From: an uncultured Fimbriimonadales bacterium
Lineage (GTDB): Bacteria; Armatimonadota; Fimbriimonadia; Fimbriimonadales; GBS-DC
Direction of reading: 5' to 3'
Assembly: GCA_937934465.1 (NCBI GenBank)
Contig: CALGZO010000289.1
Coordinates: 1 to 37,997, forward strand
Length of the DNA stretch: 37,997 nt
Notes under the pieces: model-generated
Seen by the model: the letters and a program-made list of their open reading frames with translations, nothing else
What the model was told of the DNA's origin: nothing
The model's database searches: none
Program-made: the position numbers and the translations under genes
Shown: positions 9,096 through 17,641 of the stretch, one piece after another
Numbering within the stretch: the stretch's first letter is position 1
Layout: every line of letters begins with the position of its first letter

Positions 9096-10180
9096 GCAGT
9101 TGAGAGGGTCTGGGCGCGCTCGCCGACGCGCTCCAGAGCGGTGCGCATCACGGCTTCGCTGGGGGCGCGGCTGCGCAAGTGCTGTTCGCACATTCGGAAC
9201 GGATAGAGCAGTCGGTCGTAGCGCGGGTCGGGCAGGCTCAACGGGCGCGTCTCCTGCAGCAGCCACGCCGAGATGCGATCCGCCCACTCGCGCGTGTCGT
9301 CGGGACTGGTCAGCACGGGCGTCTCAACGCGCACCAGCCCATAAGTTGGCGACGCGCCCTGCTGCCAGCGCAACCGCAAGTACCAACTGTAGACCTCGCT
9401 CTGACCCTGACGCACGGGACGAAAGACGCTGCTGCGATAGCCTGCAGGCATGTTCAGCACCTGTAGCATCCAGTTAATCTCCAGATAGCTGGTGCGGTGC
9501 GACTTCGAGACGCCCACTACCTGCACCAGTTTGCGCCGTTCCAGCGCGCTCATCAGGTCGGCTATCGAGCCGTCCACCAGCAGCCAGTTGGTGGAGCTGG
9601 GCGTCTGCTGGTCAATCCACTGCAGGGCGAGTTTGCGCTCCAGATGGTCGCGCACGCGCGCTACAGTCGCTCCCGCACGCACCAGCATCGTGTTGAAGGA
9701 GGTCTTCTCCAGCTCGCGCTCCTCCAACGAGTCGTAGACGGTCAGCCCCGCGCGTTTGAACTTCTTGGCGTCGAACGCTTTGAGCGGCAAAAAGAGCGCC
9801 TCTTCTGCCTGCGTCAGCGCAGGGACAGGGTGCAGCTCGCGCTCGCGTCGCTCCAGCACCATCGCCGCCACATAGCCATACACGACGGGCAACAAACCTT
9901 TTAAAGTCTGCTGATAGTATAGCAAGTGTGAATGCTGGACGCCGTCGATGAAGTGCGTGAACTGCGTTGTCTCGTTGGCGGGCGGCACAGGGAACACGCC
10001 AAACTCACGGCGACCTGCCTCATGCACTAACATCGCGCTTGAGAAGCCCCCCTCCTCCTCTGGCGGCTCGATAGTGTCTTCGCTGCTCACCCGACGCACC
10101 ACTTGCACGCCCTCTGGGTTCTCGCGCAGGAACCGCGCCAACCGCTGCAGAAACTCGGTCATAGAGTTGAAGATTCGCAC
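9092..10180 (-). CDS. NurA-like nuclease domain protein (orphan; no HerA partner in the window)
   Basis: [24 protein letters not shown] and a C-terminal [12 protein letters not shown] resemble the NurA motif series (DGS ... DG ... GvSKs ... yP..l..aH). The listed start is GTG; an alternative ATG lies at 10162. The assignment is by eye only. Confidence 0.5.
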   Translation of the reverse strand: MRIFNSMTEFLQRLARFLRENPEGVQVVRRVSSEDTIEPPEEEGGFSSAMLVHEAGRREFGVFPVPPANETTQFTHFIDGVQHSHLLYYQQTLKGLLPVVYGYVAAMVLERRERELHPVPALTQAEEALFLPLKAFDAKKFKRAGLTVYDSLEERELEKTSFNTMLVRAGATVARVRDHLERKLALQWIDQQTPSSTNWLLVDGSIADLMSALERRKLVQVVGVSKSHRTSYLEINWMLQVLNMPAGYRSSVFRPVRQGQSEVYSWYLRLRWQQGASPTYGLVRVETPVLTSPDDTREWADRISAWLLQETRPLSLPDPRYDRLLYPFRMCEQHLRSRAPSEAVMRTALERVGERAQTLSTA

Positions 10181-10216
10181 GGCGTCGCAGGATTCCTGCC
10201 GTTGTCGCGCCTCAGG

Positions 10217-10222
10217 TATAAT
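10217..10222 (+). promoter_or_regulatory. Candidate -10 hexamer TATAAT immediately upstream of pdxS (near-leaderless transcript)
   Basis: A perfect TATAAT ends 9 nt before the pdxS ATG (10232). There is no SD in the intervening tgtcttgct, and I saw no convincing -35. Confidence 0.3.
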
Positions 10223-10231
10223 TGTCTTGCT

Positions 10232-11158
10232 ATGACACCGAGTGTTTCGACTTCAGAGCAGCAGAGCCGATATGAGGTTCAGAAAGCCACTTGGCGCACG
10301 AAGGTCGGCTTAGCCGAGATGTTGCGCGGCGGCGTGATTATGGATGTGGTGAACGCGGAGCAGGCGCGTATCGCCGAAGAGGCGGGCGCGGTCGCGGTGA
10401 TGGCGCTGGAGCGCGTGCCTGCCGACATCCGACGCGAGGGCGGCGTCGCACGCATGTCCGACCCGCGCATGATTGAAGAGATTATGCACGCCGTCACCAT
10501 CCCGGTGATGGCGAAGTGTCGTATCGGGCACTTCGCGGAGGCGATGATCCTCGAAGCGTTGGGCGTGGACTTCATCGACGAGAGCGAGGTGCTGACCCCC
10601 GCCGACGAGGAACACCATGTGAATAAGCATGCGTTCAAGACGCCGTTTGTGTGCGGCGCGCGCGACTTGGGCGAGGCGTTGCGACGCATCGGGGAAGGCG
10701 CGGCGATGATCCGCACCAAAGGCGAGGCAGGCACAGGCAACATCGTGGAAGCCGTGCGCCATATGCGCGCCATTATGAAAGATATCCGCCGTATCCACAG
10801 CGCGCCCGAAGACGAACTGATGGCGATAGCCAAGCAGTTGCAAGCGCCCTACGACCTCGTGGTGGAGGTTCATCAGACGGGCAGGCTGCCTGTGCCGAAC
10901 TTCTCGGCGGGAGGCGTCGCCACGCCTGCCGACGCCGCGCTAATGATGTGGCTCGGCGCAGAAGCGGTGTTCGTCGGCTCAGGCATCTTCAAATCGTCCG
11001 ACCCAGAGCGACGCGCACGCGCCATCGTCGACGCCGTCACCTACTATCGCGACCCTGAAGTGCTGGCGGAGATTTCCAAAGGGCTCGGCGAAGCGATGCC
11101 CAGCCTCGATGTGCGCAAACTCGCCGAAGAGGAACTGATGGCAGTGCGCGGGTGGTAG
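10232..11158 (+). CDS. pdxS: Pyridoxal 5'-phosphate synthase lyase subunit PdxS
   Basis: [44 protein letters not shown], plus [10 protein letters not shown] and GEAGTGN. The start was trimmed from ORF 10103 to the homologous N-terminus. Confidence 0.95.
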   Translation: MTPSVSTSEQQSRYEVQKATWRTKVGLAEMLRGGVIMDVVNAEQARIAEEAGAVAVMALERVPADIRREGGVARMSDPRMIEEIMHAVTIPVMAKCRIGHFAEAMILEALGVDFIDESEVLTPADEEHHVNKHAFKTPFVCGARDLGEALRRIGEGAAMIRTKGEAGTGNIVEAVRHMRAIMKDIRRIHSAPEDELMAIAKQLQAPYDLVVEVHQTGRLPVPNFSAGGVATPADAALMMWLGAEAVFVGSGIFKSSDPERRARAIVDAVTYYRDPEVLAEISKGLGEAMPSLDVRKLAEEELMAVRGW

Positions 11159-11229
11159 CGGATGCTGGGGCAGTCGTGTCGGCACACAACAATGCGGACA
11201 GGACTGCCCAAGCCCTGCTGGGATGCAAG

Positions 11230-11805
11230 ATGAGAGTGGGCGTGCTGGCGCTTCAGGGCGATTTTGCGGAACACCTCGCGACGCTCGCGCGGCTCGATGT
11301 TGAGGCGACCGAAGTGCGCAAAGTCGGCGACCTCGCGCAGGTGGACGCGCTGATTATCCCCGGCGGCGAAAGCACCACCATCGGCAAGTTGATGGCGCGC
11401 TACGGGCTGGATGAGGCAATCCGCGCACGCGCCGCGCAGGGCATGCCCATCTATGGCACTTGCGCTGGGATGATTCTGCTCGCCAAGCACATCGAGGGGA
11501 GCGATCAGCCGCGTCTGGGGCTGATGGATACCACCGTGCGGCGCAACGCCTTCGGCAGGCAGATTGAGAGTTTCGAGGCGGACATCCTGTTCCGCCCGAC
11601 GCCTGATTGCCCCATACGCGGCGTGTTTATCCGCGCCCCGATTGTGTCGCAAATCGGCGACGGGGTAGACACGCTCAGCGAACTTGAGGGCAAAATCGTC
11701 GCCGTGCAACAGGGCAAACTGCTGGCGACGGCGTTCCACCCCGAACTCACCGACGATACCCGCGTCCACCAATATTTCCTGTCGCTCATCTCAGGTACAC
11801 TTTAG
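11230..11805 (+). CDS. pdxT: Pyridoxal 5'-phosphate synthase glutaminase subunit PdxT
   Basis: MRVGVLALQGDF, IIPGGESTT, GTCAGMILL (catalytic Cys) and FHPELT. Confidence 0.93.
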   Translation: MRVGVLALQGDFAEHLATLARLDVEATEVRKVGDLAQVDALIIPGGESTTIGKLMARYGLDEAIRARAAQGMPIYGTCAGMILLAKHIEGSDQPRLGLMDTTVRRNAFGRQIESFEADILFRPTPDCPIRGVFIRAPIVSQIGDGVDTLSELEGKIVAVQQGKLLATAFHPELTDDTRVHQYFLSLISGTL

Positions 11806-11809
11806 CGCG

Positions 11810-12169
11810 ATGCAACGCAAACCGAACGAGACACGCCTCTATCGGCAGGAGATGAACGAGCGCATCCTCAACAGCGGGTTCAAGCCGTTCCAGCGGTTCT
11901 TCGCGCTCGACGCCAGCGCGTACACCGAAGGCGCTATCCCCGTCAAATACAAAGAGCTGATGGGGCTGGTCGGCTCGATGGTGCTTCGCTGCAACGATTG
12001 CATCTTCTATCACTTAGACCGCTGCGTGCAGGAAGGCGCGACGCGCGAGGAGCTGCACGAGGCGATGAACATCGCGCTCATCATCGGCGGCTCAATCGTG
12101 ATTCCGCACCTCAGATACGCCTACGAGATGATGGACGCGCTCTTGGCTGAGCAGGAGGGGCAAGCATGA
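11810..12169 (+). CDS. Carboxymuconolactone decarboxylase / AhpD-like family protein
   Basis: KELMGLVGSMVLRCNDCIFYHL carries the CxxC..H core of the AhpD/CMD fold. The gene starts 5 nt after the pdxT stop. Confidence 0.8.
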   Translation: MQRKPNETRLYRQEMNERILNSGFKPFQRFFALDASAYTEGAIPVKYKELMGLVGSMVLRCNDCIFYHLDRCVQEGATREELHEAMNIALIIGGSIVIPHLRYAYEMMDALLAEQEGQA

Positions 12170-12408
12170 CCAAAGTTCACATGACCATCGCGACCACGAA
12201 CCGCGAGCAGGTGGGCGTTCCGTGGCTGTGGCGGCTCGGACGCGACTTCGAACTGCAAGTGAACATCCTCAAAGCGAACATCAACGAGGACTTCGGCTGG
12301 GCGTTCGTGGCGTTGGAGGGACCTGTAGAGGAGATTCAGCGCGCGACGGCTTGGCTGCACACCACAGGTCTGCATGTGGAGCCTGTGGAGCGTTCCGTGT
12401 TCGAGTGA
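12166..12408 (+). CDS. Stand-alone NIL-domain protein
   Basis: The 80-aa protein contains PWLWRLGRDF..VNILKANI....G.A.V.LEG, a pattern typical of the NIL (MetN C-terminal-like) domain. It has an ATGA start/stop overlap with the CMD gene. Confidence 0.7.
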   Translation: MTKVHMTIATTNREQVGVPWLWRLGRDFELQVNILKANINEDFGWAFVALEGPVEEIQRATAWLHTTGLHVEPVERSVFE

Positions 12409-13331
12409 TGGACGGCGCAGTATCCCTCAAGTCGCCGCAGCCGCCTGCGGATTTCGTGGCGTTCTGGCAGGCGGCGGTCGCCGAAGCCGAGGCGGTTCCG
12501 CTGCGCTACGAGCGCGTGCATTACGAAGACGATGACCAGCCCACCCATGTTGTGTATCGTCTGCGCTGGATGGGCGTCGACCAGCGCGGGCGCGAGGGCT
12601 GGTATGCGCTGCCGCGCCTATTGCAGTACCCCTTGCCCGCCGTGCTGTACCTGCCCGGCTACGGCGTCGGAACTGTGCCCATCAACGAACACACGATGTT
12701 CGAGGGAATGATTACCTTCTCCATCAATCTGCACGGCTACGCGGTGGAGCCGAATGTGCCCTACAGCCCCGAGCTGGGCTACTTCACGCGCGGCGTCCAC
12801 TCGCCGCAGACCTACATCTACCGTCGGTTGGTGCAGGAGAGCCTGCTGGCGATGCGCGTGCTGGCGGCGCAGGCGGAAGTGGACGCGCAGCGGCTGACGG
12901 CGGCGGGGCTTAGCCAAGGCGGCGGACTGGCAGTGATGTTGGGCGCGTGGTGCAAGCACACCAAATGCGTCGTCGCCGAGCTGCCCGCGCTGAGCTACTG
13001 GGAATACTTGCTCAATAGACCTGCATGGCGCTACCCCATCAAGGAGTTCAGCGACTACATCGAGACCACAGGCGTCTCGCGTGAAGCGGTGCTGAGCGTG
13101 CTGCAATACTACGACGCCGTCAACCACGCGCCGTATGTGCGCACGCCCGCGCAGCTGAGCTTGGCGTTGAAAGACCCTGGCATTCGCGCGCCCGTGGTGT
13201 TCTCGCTCTACGACGCGCTGCCCACGCCCAAGCGGTTGCTGATTTACGAAGACTGGGGGCACGATTGGCATCCTGAGATGCGCCCCCAGTTAGAGGCGTG
13301 GGTGCAGGCTCATCTCGGTCGGCTGCGGTAG
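12408..13331 (+). CDS. Acetyl xylan esterase / cephalosporin-C deacetylase-like alpha/beta hydrolase
   Basis: N-terminal PADFVAFWQ..., nucleophile elbow GLSQGGG and C-terminal WGHDWH. It has a TGATG overlap with the NIL gene. The start was trimmed from ORF 12222. Confidence 0.75.
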   Translation: MDGAVSLKSPQPPADFVAFWQAAVAEAEAVPLRYERVHYEDDDQPTHVVYRLRWMGVDQRGREGWYALPRLLQYPLPAVLYLPGYGVGTVPINEHTMFEGMITFSINLHGYAVEPNVPYSPELGYFTRGVHSPQTYIYRRLVQESLLAMRVLAAQAEVDAQRLTAAGLSQGGGLAVMLGAWCKHTKCVVAELPALSYWEYLLNRPAWRYPIKEFSDYIETTGVSREAVLSVLQYYDAVNHAPYVRTPAQLSLALKDPGIRAPVVFSLYDALPTPKRLLIYEDWGHDWHPEMRPQLEAWVQAHLGRLR

Positions 13332-14629
13332 CGTTCGTAGAGCCGAATGTGCTTGCTGCTCATCTCGATAGGGCGTCCAGCAATCCAGACCTGTATCACC
13401 TCGCTGCGGATGTCCAACGGGTCGCCGCTGAGCAGCACTAAGTTCGCATCTTTGCCTGGCTCGATGCTGCCGAGCCGATGGGACAGCCCCAAGATTTGCG
13501 CGGGGTAGAGCGTGATGGCTTTGAGTGCTTCCTCGCGGGGCAGCCCGTGCGCGACGGCGGTCGCCAAGTGGTAGGGCAAGTTGCGGGCGTTGCTGGCGTC
13601 GTTGCTCGCCACGCAGAACAGCACGCCTTTCTCGTGCAGGCGTCGTGGGAGCAGGAACGGCTCGTCGTACGGGTCAGATTCCGCGCTGGGCATATTGTGT
13701 ACGCCCTCCAATATCACGGGTACTTGCTTCTCGCGCAGCAGGTCGGCGACGCGATGCGCCTCTGAACCGCCCACAATCACGAGGCGCACCTGCTGTTCCT
13801 CCGCCCAGCGTATCGCAGCTTGGATGCCCAACGCGCTGTTGACGCGCACAAACAGCGGCAACTTGCCCTCCAGCACGGGCATCATCGCGTCGAAGCGCGG
13901 GTCGCGTTCATGGGCAGGAACGCCCTCCGCGCCCTTCGCTTGATGGGCGCGCAGGTAGCGTCGGGCGTCGTCGAAGAACTCATTAATCGGGCGCATACGG
14001 CTCTCCCAGTCGCGGCGTCGCGCCTCCGCGCTCTGGTTCGGCGCGGCGGACGGGGCAGGGAAGTTCATAAACAGACCTATCGGCGTCTTGATGACCATCT
14101 CCTCCCAAGTCCAACCGTCCAGATTCATCACGCAGCCCATGCCCGAAAGGAGACCGCCCGTCGGTGTGGCGACCACAGTGGTCGTGCCGTTCACCCGCGT
14201 GACGGGAATCAGCTCCGAGTCGGGGTTCAGCGCGATTTCCGCCCGCGAGTTCGGGTTGAACTGTCCTGTCTCGGTGGTATCGATTGTGGCGGCGATGGAG
14301 CCAATCTCGGTCAGTCCCAGCGTCGTGCAGGCGTCGATATAGCCCGGATACAGGTGGTTGCCCTTGCCGTCGTAGACGGCTGCGCCGCGCGGAATAGCGA
14401 TATTTGTGCCGACGGCGGCAATCTTGCCGTCGCGAATAATCACTGTCGCGCCCTCGATTGGCGGCGCGGTGATGGGGTGCGCGGTGACATTCCGTATCGC
14501 GTAGACGCCGCGCGTTCGCACAGGTCGCTCCAGCGACGCCTCATAGCGCGGGGCAATCGGCGAGACGCCCGAATCGCGCCCCGCAAGTAGCATCAACAGT
14601 CCCAATCCATAAACCAGTCCCTTCAACAC
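13310..14629 (-). CDS. Secreted amidohydrolase-superfamily protein with an atypical metal motif
   Basis: The N-terminus is hydrophobic. ATVIIRDGKIAAVG...LYPGYIDACTTLG matches the amidohydrolase beta-1 region, and the C-terminus has IEPGKDANLVLL. GTG start. Confidence 0.75.
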   Translation of the reverse strand: MLKGLVYGLGLLMLLAGRDSGVSPIAPRYEASLERPVRTRGVYAIRNVTAHPITAPPIEGATVIIRDGKIAAVGTNIAIPRGAAVYDGKGNHLYPGYIDACTTLGLTEIGSIAATIDTTETGQFNPNSRAEIALNPDSELIPVTRVNGTTTVVATPTGGLLSGMGCVMNLDGWTWEEMVIKTPIGLFMNFPAPSAAPNQSAEARRRDWESRMRPINEFFDDARRYLRAHQAKGAEGVPAHERDPRFDAMMPVLEGKLPLFVRVNSALGIQAAIRWAEEQQVRLVIVGGSEAHRVADLLREKQVPVILEGVHNMPSAESDPYDEPFLLPRRLHEKGVLFCVASNDASNARNLPYHLATAVAHGLPREEALKAITLYPAQILGLSHRLGSIEPGKDANLVLLSGDPLDIRSEVIQVWIAGRPIEMSSKHIRLYERYRSRPR

Positions 14630-14689
14630 GCCGATTCGATTCGGGCAGTCCTTTCAAAATCCTGCTTTGCCTACGGTTGTCAGGTTCCG

Positions 14690-15112
14690 TCAGCGCGTGA
14701 GTAGGCGCGCCGCGCCCAGAAAGCCCATCAGCAGCAGCCCCAGGATGCCTGCCATCACGACCCAACCCAGCATGCGCCCCCAACGCGCGGCGGCGCGACG
14801 CTCCAACCCAACCGACTCGTGGCGCGTGCGAGTATCCTTGCCGAACAGAAACACAAAGTAGAAGCGCGTCCACAGGAACGGTATCACGCCGCGCACATCC
14901 AGCAGGTGGCGGCGATGGTAGGTGTAAAGCGACTGCTTGAGCTGCGCGTACTGTTCGGGCGAGAGCGACTCCAGCAGGTCGGGGGGCAGGGCGCGCAGGA
15001 TGTGTAGGATGTAAACATCCTGCGGATGCTCGGCAGGTTGCTCGCCTTCGAACGCCTCTTGGATAATCCACAGCGGCGGTTTCTCGTCAGGTTGACGCGC
15101 GGGCGACGCCAT
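14690..15112 (-). CDS. Hypothetical membrane protein (two C-terminal TM helices)
   Basis: ATG 15112 gives MASPARQPDEK.... TM-like segments are VIPFLWTRFYFVFLFG and MLGWVVMAGILGLLLMGFLGAA. The longer ORF start would overlap gnd. Confidence 0.5.
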   Translation of the reverse strand: MASPARQPDEKPPLWIIQEAFEGEQPAEHPQDVYILHILRALPPDLLESLSPEQYAQLKQSLYTYHRRHLLDVRGVIPFLWTRFYFVFLFGKDTRTRHESVGLERRAAARWGRMLGWVVMAGILGLLLMGFLGAARLLTR

Positions 15113-15144
15113 ACCGCCAATTATCGGCAGGGCGCGCGAGGGTC

Positions 15145-16056
15145 TTAACCGTCCAGCGTTTTCACGGCGTGTCCGCCGAAAGCGTGGCGCAGCTGCGCCA
15201 AGAAGCGATACTGAAAGCCCTGCTCGTCTTGGCTGCGGAACCGTTCGTGTAGGGCGAGGGTGATGAGCGGGGCGGGGCAACCCAGATCGATGGCTTCGTG
15301 CGCCGTCCAGCGTCCCTCGCCCGAATCGGCGACATAGGGCGCGACCTCGCGCAGTTCGGCGTCAGTTTGCAGGAAGCCTGCAATCAGGTCGAGGAGCCAG
15401 CTGCGTACCACTGTGCCGTGCCGCCACGCCTCTGCCACCGCCGCGATATCTATGTTGAACTCCGATTTACGGCGTAGCAGTTCGAACCCTTCCGCGTAGG
15501 CTTGCATAAGGGCATACTCGATGCCGTTGTGTATCATTTTGGCGTAGTGTCCTGCGCCGACAGGCCCCACATGCACCCAGCCTGTATCGGGTGTGGGGGC
15601 GAGGTCGCGCAGGAGGGGTTGCAGGTGCGCAATCACATCGGGTTCGCCGCCTGCCATCAGTCCGTAGCCGTTCTCCAGCCCCCACACGCCGCCCGACACG
15701 CCCACATCGGCGAAGCGCACGCCGTACTCTTGCAATCGCTGCGCATAGCGGATGGAGTCTTTATAGAAGCTGTTCGCGCCGTTGACTACGATATCGCCCG
15801 CTTGAAGCAGCGGCGCGAACTGGAAGATAGCGTTCTCGGTCGGCTCGCCAGCAGGATACATAAACCACACCACTCGCGGCGGCGCGAGGGCGTCGGCGAC
15901 GGCTTCAGGCGTGTAAGCAGGCGCGACGCCGTAGGGCACATATTCGTCCACTGTGGCGCGCGTGCGCGAATAGCCGACCACGCGATGCCCGCGCTCCACC
16001 AAGCGGCGCGCCATGTTGCCGCCCATACGCCCCAAACCCACGATTGCCAGTTCCAT
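15145..16056 (-). CDS. gnd: 6-phosphogluconate dehydrogenase, decarboxylating (short, about 300 aa form)
   Basis: MELAIVGLGRMGGNMARRL (Rossmann), GVSGGVWG and GAGHYAKMIHNGIEYALMQAYAEG. Confidence 0.88.
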   Translation of the reverse strand: MELAIVGLGRMGGNMARRLVERGHRVVGYSRTRATVDEYVPYGVAPAYTPEAVADALAPPRVVWFMYPAGEPTENAIFQFAPLLQAGDIVVNGANSFYKDSIRYAQRLQEYGVRFADVGVSGGVWGLENGYGLMAGGEPDVIAHLQPLLRDLAPTPDTGWVHVGPVGAGHYAKMIHNGIEYALMQAYAEGFELLRRKSEFNIDIAAVAEAWRHGTVVRSWLLDLIAGFLQTDAELREVAPYVADSGEGRWTAHEAIDLGCPAPLITLALHERFRSQDEQGFQYRFLAQLRHAFGGHAVKTLDG

Positions 16057-16073
16057 CACGCCAAGTATACCCG

Positions 16074-17402
16074 TCAGCGTCGCTGCTGGGCGATGAAGTG
16101 CGCGTACCATCGCCCGCTGGACTTCATGGTGCGCTGCTGCGTCTCGAAATCCACATAGAGCAGCCCGAACCGCTTGCTGTAGCCGAACGCCCACTCGAAG
16201 TTGTCCATCAGCGACCAGTAGAAGTAGCCTTTGAGCGGCACGCCGTCTTGGAGAGCGCGGTGCGCTTGCTCCAAGTGCGCCTTGAGGTACTCCACGCGCA
16301 GGGGGTCGTCGACCTCGCCTTGCGCGTTCGGTTCGTCGCGGAACGCCGCGCCGTTTTCCGTGATGTAGAGCGGAATCGCGCCGTACTCATCATGTACCCA
16401 GCGGAGTATCTCATATAAGCCTTCGGGGTAGACCTCCCAGCCCATCTCGGTGTGGAGTTTGCCCTCCTGATAGACGGAACGCGAGCCGATGGGGTCGGAG
16501 GCGTCGTAGGCGACCACGCTGCGCGTGTAGTAGTTCACGCCGATAAAGTCGATGGGCGTCTGGATAATCTGCATATCGTCGGGGGCGGCTTTGGGCGCGA
16601 ACTCGCCGATGAAGTTGATGACGGTTTCGGGGTACTCGCCGCGAAAGATGGGGTCTAAAAAGTATCGGTTGATGAACCCGTGCCAGAGCGCAGCGACGAG
16701 CTGGTCTTGGGGGCTGTCGCTTGCAGGTTGCTGCGGTCCGAGGTTGGGCACGATGCCGATTTTTGCGTTGGGGGGAGCCTCAGCGCGGAACGCCTGCACC
16801 GCTTTGGCGTGTCCGAGCAGCAGGTGGTGTCCTGCTTTGGCGGCGGCGCCGATGTCGCGCATGCCAGGCGCGTGCTGACCCCAGAGGTAGCCGAGCGCCA
16901 TCACCACCCACGGCTCGTTGATGGTCGCCCACAGCGGCGCGCGGTCGCCCAGTTCACGGAACATCAGGCAGGCGTAGTCGGCGAACCACTTGGCGCAATC
17001 GCGGTTCGCCCAGCCGCCATGGTCTTGCAGCTCGGCAGGCAAGTCCCAGTGATAGAGCGTAATCATCGGCGTGATGCCAGCGTGCAGCAGTGCGTCCACC
17101 AGTCGTTTGTAAAAGTCCAACCCTTTCTGATTGACGGCGCCGCGTCCGCAGGGCAGCACGCGCCCCCACGCAGTTGAGAAGCGATAGGCGTTCAAGCCCA
17201 GCCGACGCATCCACTCGATATCCTCGTGCCAGCGTCGGTAGTGGTCGCACGCCACATCGCCGTTATCGCCGTTCAGGATGGTTCCGGGCGTATGGCTGAA
17301 CCGATGCCAAATCGATGCGCCTGCGCCATCCGCGAGCGGCGAGCCTTCAATCTGATACGCCGCCGTCGCCGCGCCCCACAAAAAGTCCGATGGAAACTGC
17401 AT
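16074..17402 (-). CDS. bglA: GH1 beta-glucosidase
   Basis: FPSDFLWGAATAAYQIEG, TINEPW (acid/base), YITENGAAF (nucleophile) and NFEWAFGY. The start was trimmed to MQFPSDF. Confidence 0.95.
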   Translation of the reverse strand: MQFPSDFLWGAATAAYQIEGSPLADGAGASIWHRFSHTPGTILNGDNGDVACDHYRRWHEDIEWMRRLGLNAYRFSTAWGRVLPCGRGAVNQKGLDFYKRLVDALLHAGITPMITLYHWDLPAELQDHGGWANRDCAKWFADYACLMFRELGDRAPLWATINEPWVVMALGYLWGQHAPGMRDIGAAAKAGHHLLLGHAKAVQAFRAEAPPNAKIGIVPNLGPQQPASDSPQDQLVAALWHGFINRYFLDPIFRGEYPETVINFIGEFAPKAAPDDMQIIQTPIDFIGVNYYTRSVVAYDASDPIGSRSVYQEGKLHTEMGWEVYPEGLYEILRWVHDEYGAIPLYITENGAAFRDEPNAQGEVDDPLRVEYLKAHLEQAHRALQDGVPLKGYFYWSLMDNFEWAFGYSKRFGLLYVDFETQQRTMKSSGRWYAHFIAQQRR

Positions 17403-17445
17403 AGTACCTACGAATTCGCTCCCCGCGCCAATTCTCCTGCCAGTA

Positions 17446-17641
17446 GCACGGACATTCCTGTCCGTGCGCAAAGAGTTATGCAGGGTAAACCTTGCGACGC
17501 CACGAATGGCGTCGCACCTTGTGGGGCTTGGACACGACTGTCCAAGCCACTGTGGCACGGACATTCCTGTCCGTGCGCACTTGGACAAGACTGTCCAAGC
17601 CACTTGACACACTGTCAAAGTGCTGTTTGACAGTGTGTCAA
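17446..17641. repeat. Cluster of six GC-rich stem-loops, including two duplicated 25-nt modules (REP-like intergenic repeats or a structured RNA)
   Basis: GCACGGACATTCCTGTCCGTGCGCA occurs at 17446 and again at 17555, identically. CTTGGACA(C/A)GACTGTCCAAGCCACT occurs at 17527 and 17580 with one mismatch. TGCGACGCCA-cgaa-TGGCGTCGCA lies at 17493-17516. A perfect 16-bp stem lies at 17604-17619/17626-17641. Confidence 0.85.
17604..17641 (-). terminator. Putative argF terminator or stabiliser hairpin (perfect 16-bp stem, 6-nt loop)
   Basis: TTGACACACTGTCAAA / TTTGACAGTGTGTCAA. The arm on the argF side contains the argF stop codon (17638-17640). No U-tract follows on the minus strand, so it is not a canonical intrinsic terminator. 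Confidence 0.45.

Noticed and set aside
10103-10231. N-terminal extensions of listed ORFs (pdxS 10103, pdxT 11152, CMD 11684, esterase 12222, gnd 16194, bgl 17648, argF 18672, fliO 21878, PHP 26536, PEP-CTERM 30080, GGDEF 34539, trkA-N 35896, usp 36426)
   Set aside because: The internal starts coincide with the conserved N-termini of the families and/or with strong GGAGG-type SDs. The extensions would overlap upstream genes and are Arg/Pro-rich, non-homologous sequence.
17553-17568. Sigma-54-like element TGGCAC-ggaca-TTCC inside the second copy of hairpin module A
   Set aside because: It points along the plus strand, where no gene follows. The first copy of the module reads TAGCAC instead. 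The match comes from the hairpin sequence itself.
17446-17641. Possible CRISPR array (this region and 4471-4567)
   Set aside because: The 21-bp units at 4471-4567 are contiguous, with no spacers. The 17446-17641 repeats are of two different types with irregular spacing, plus unrelated hairpins. No cas genes are in the window.
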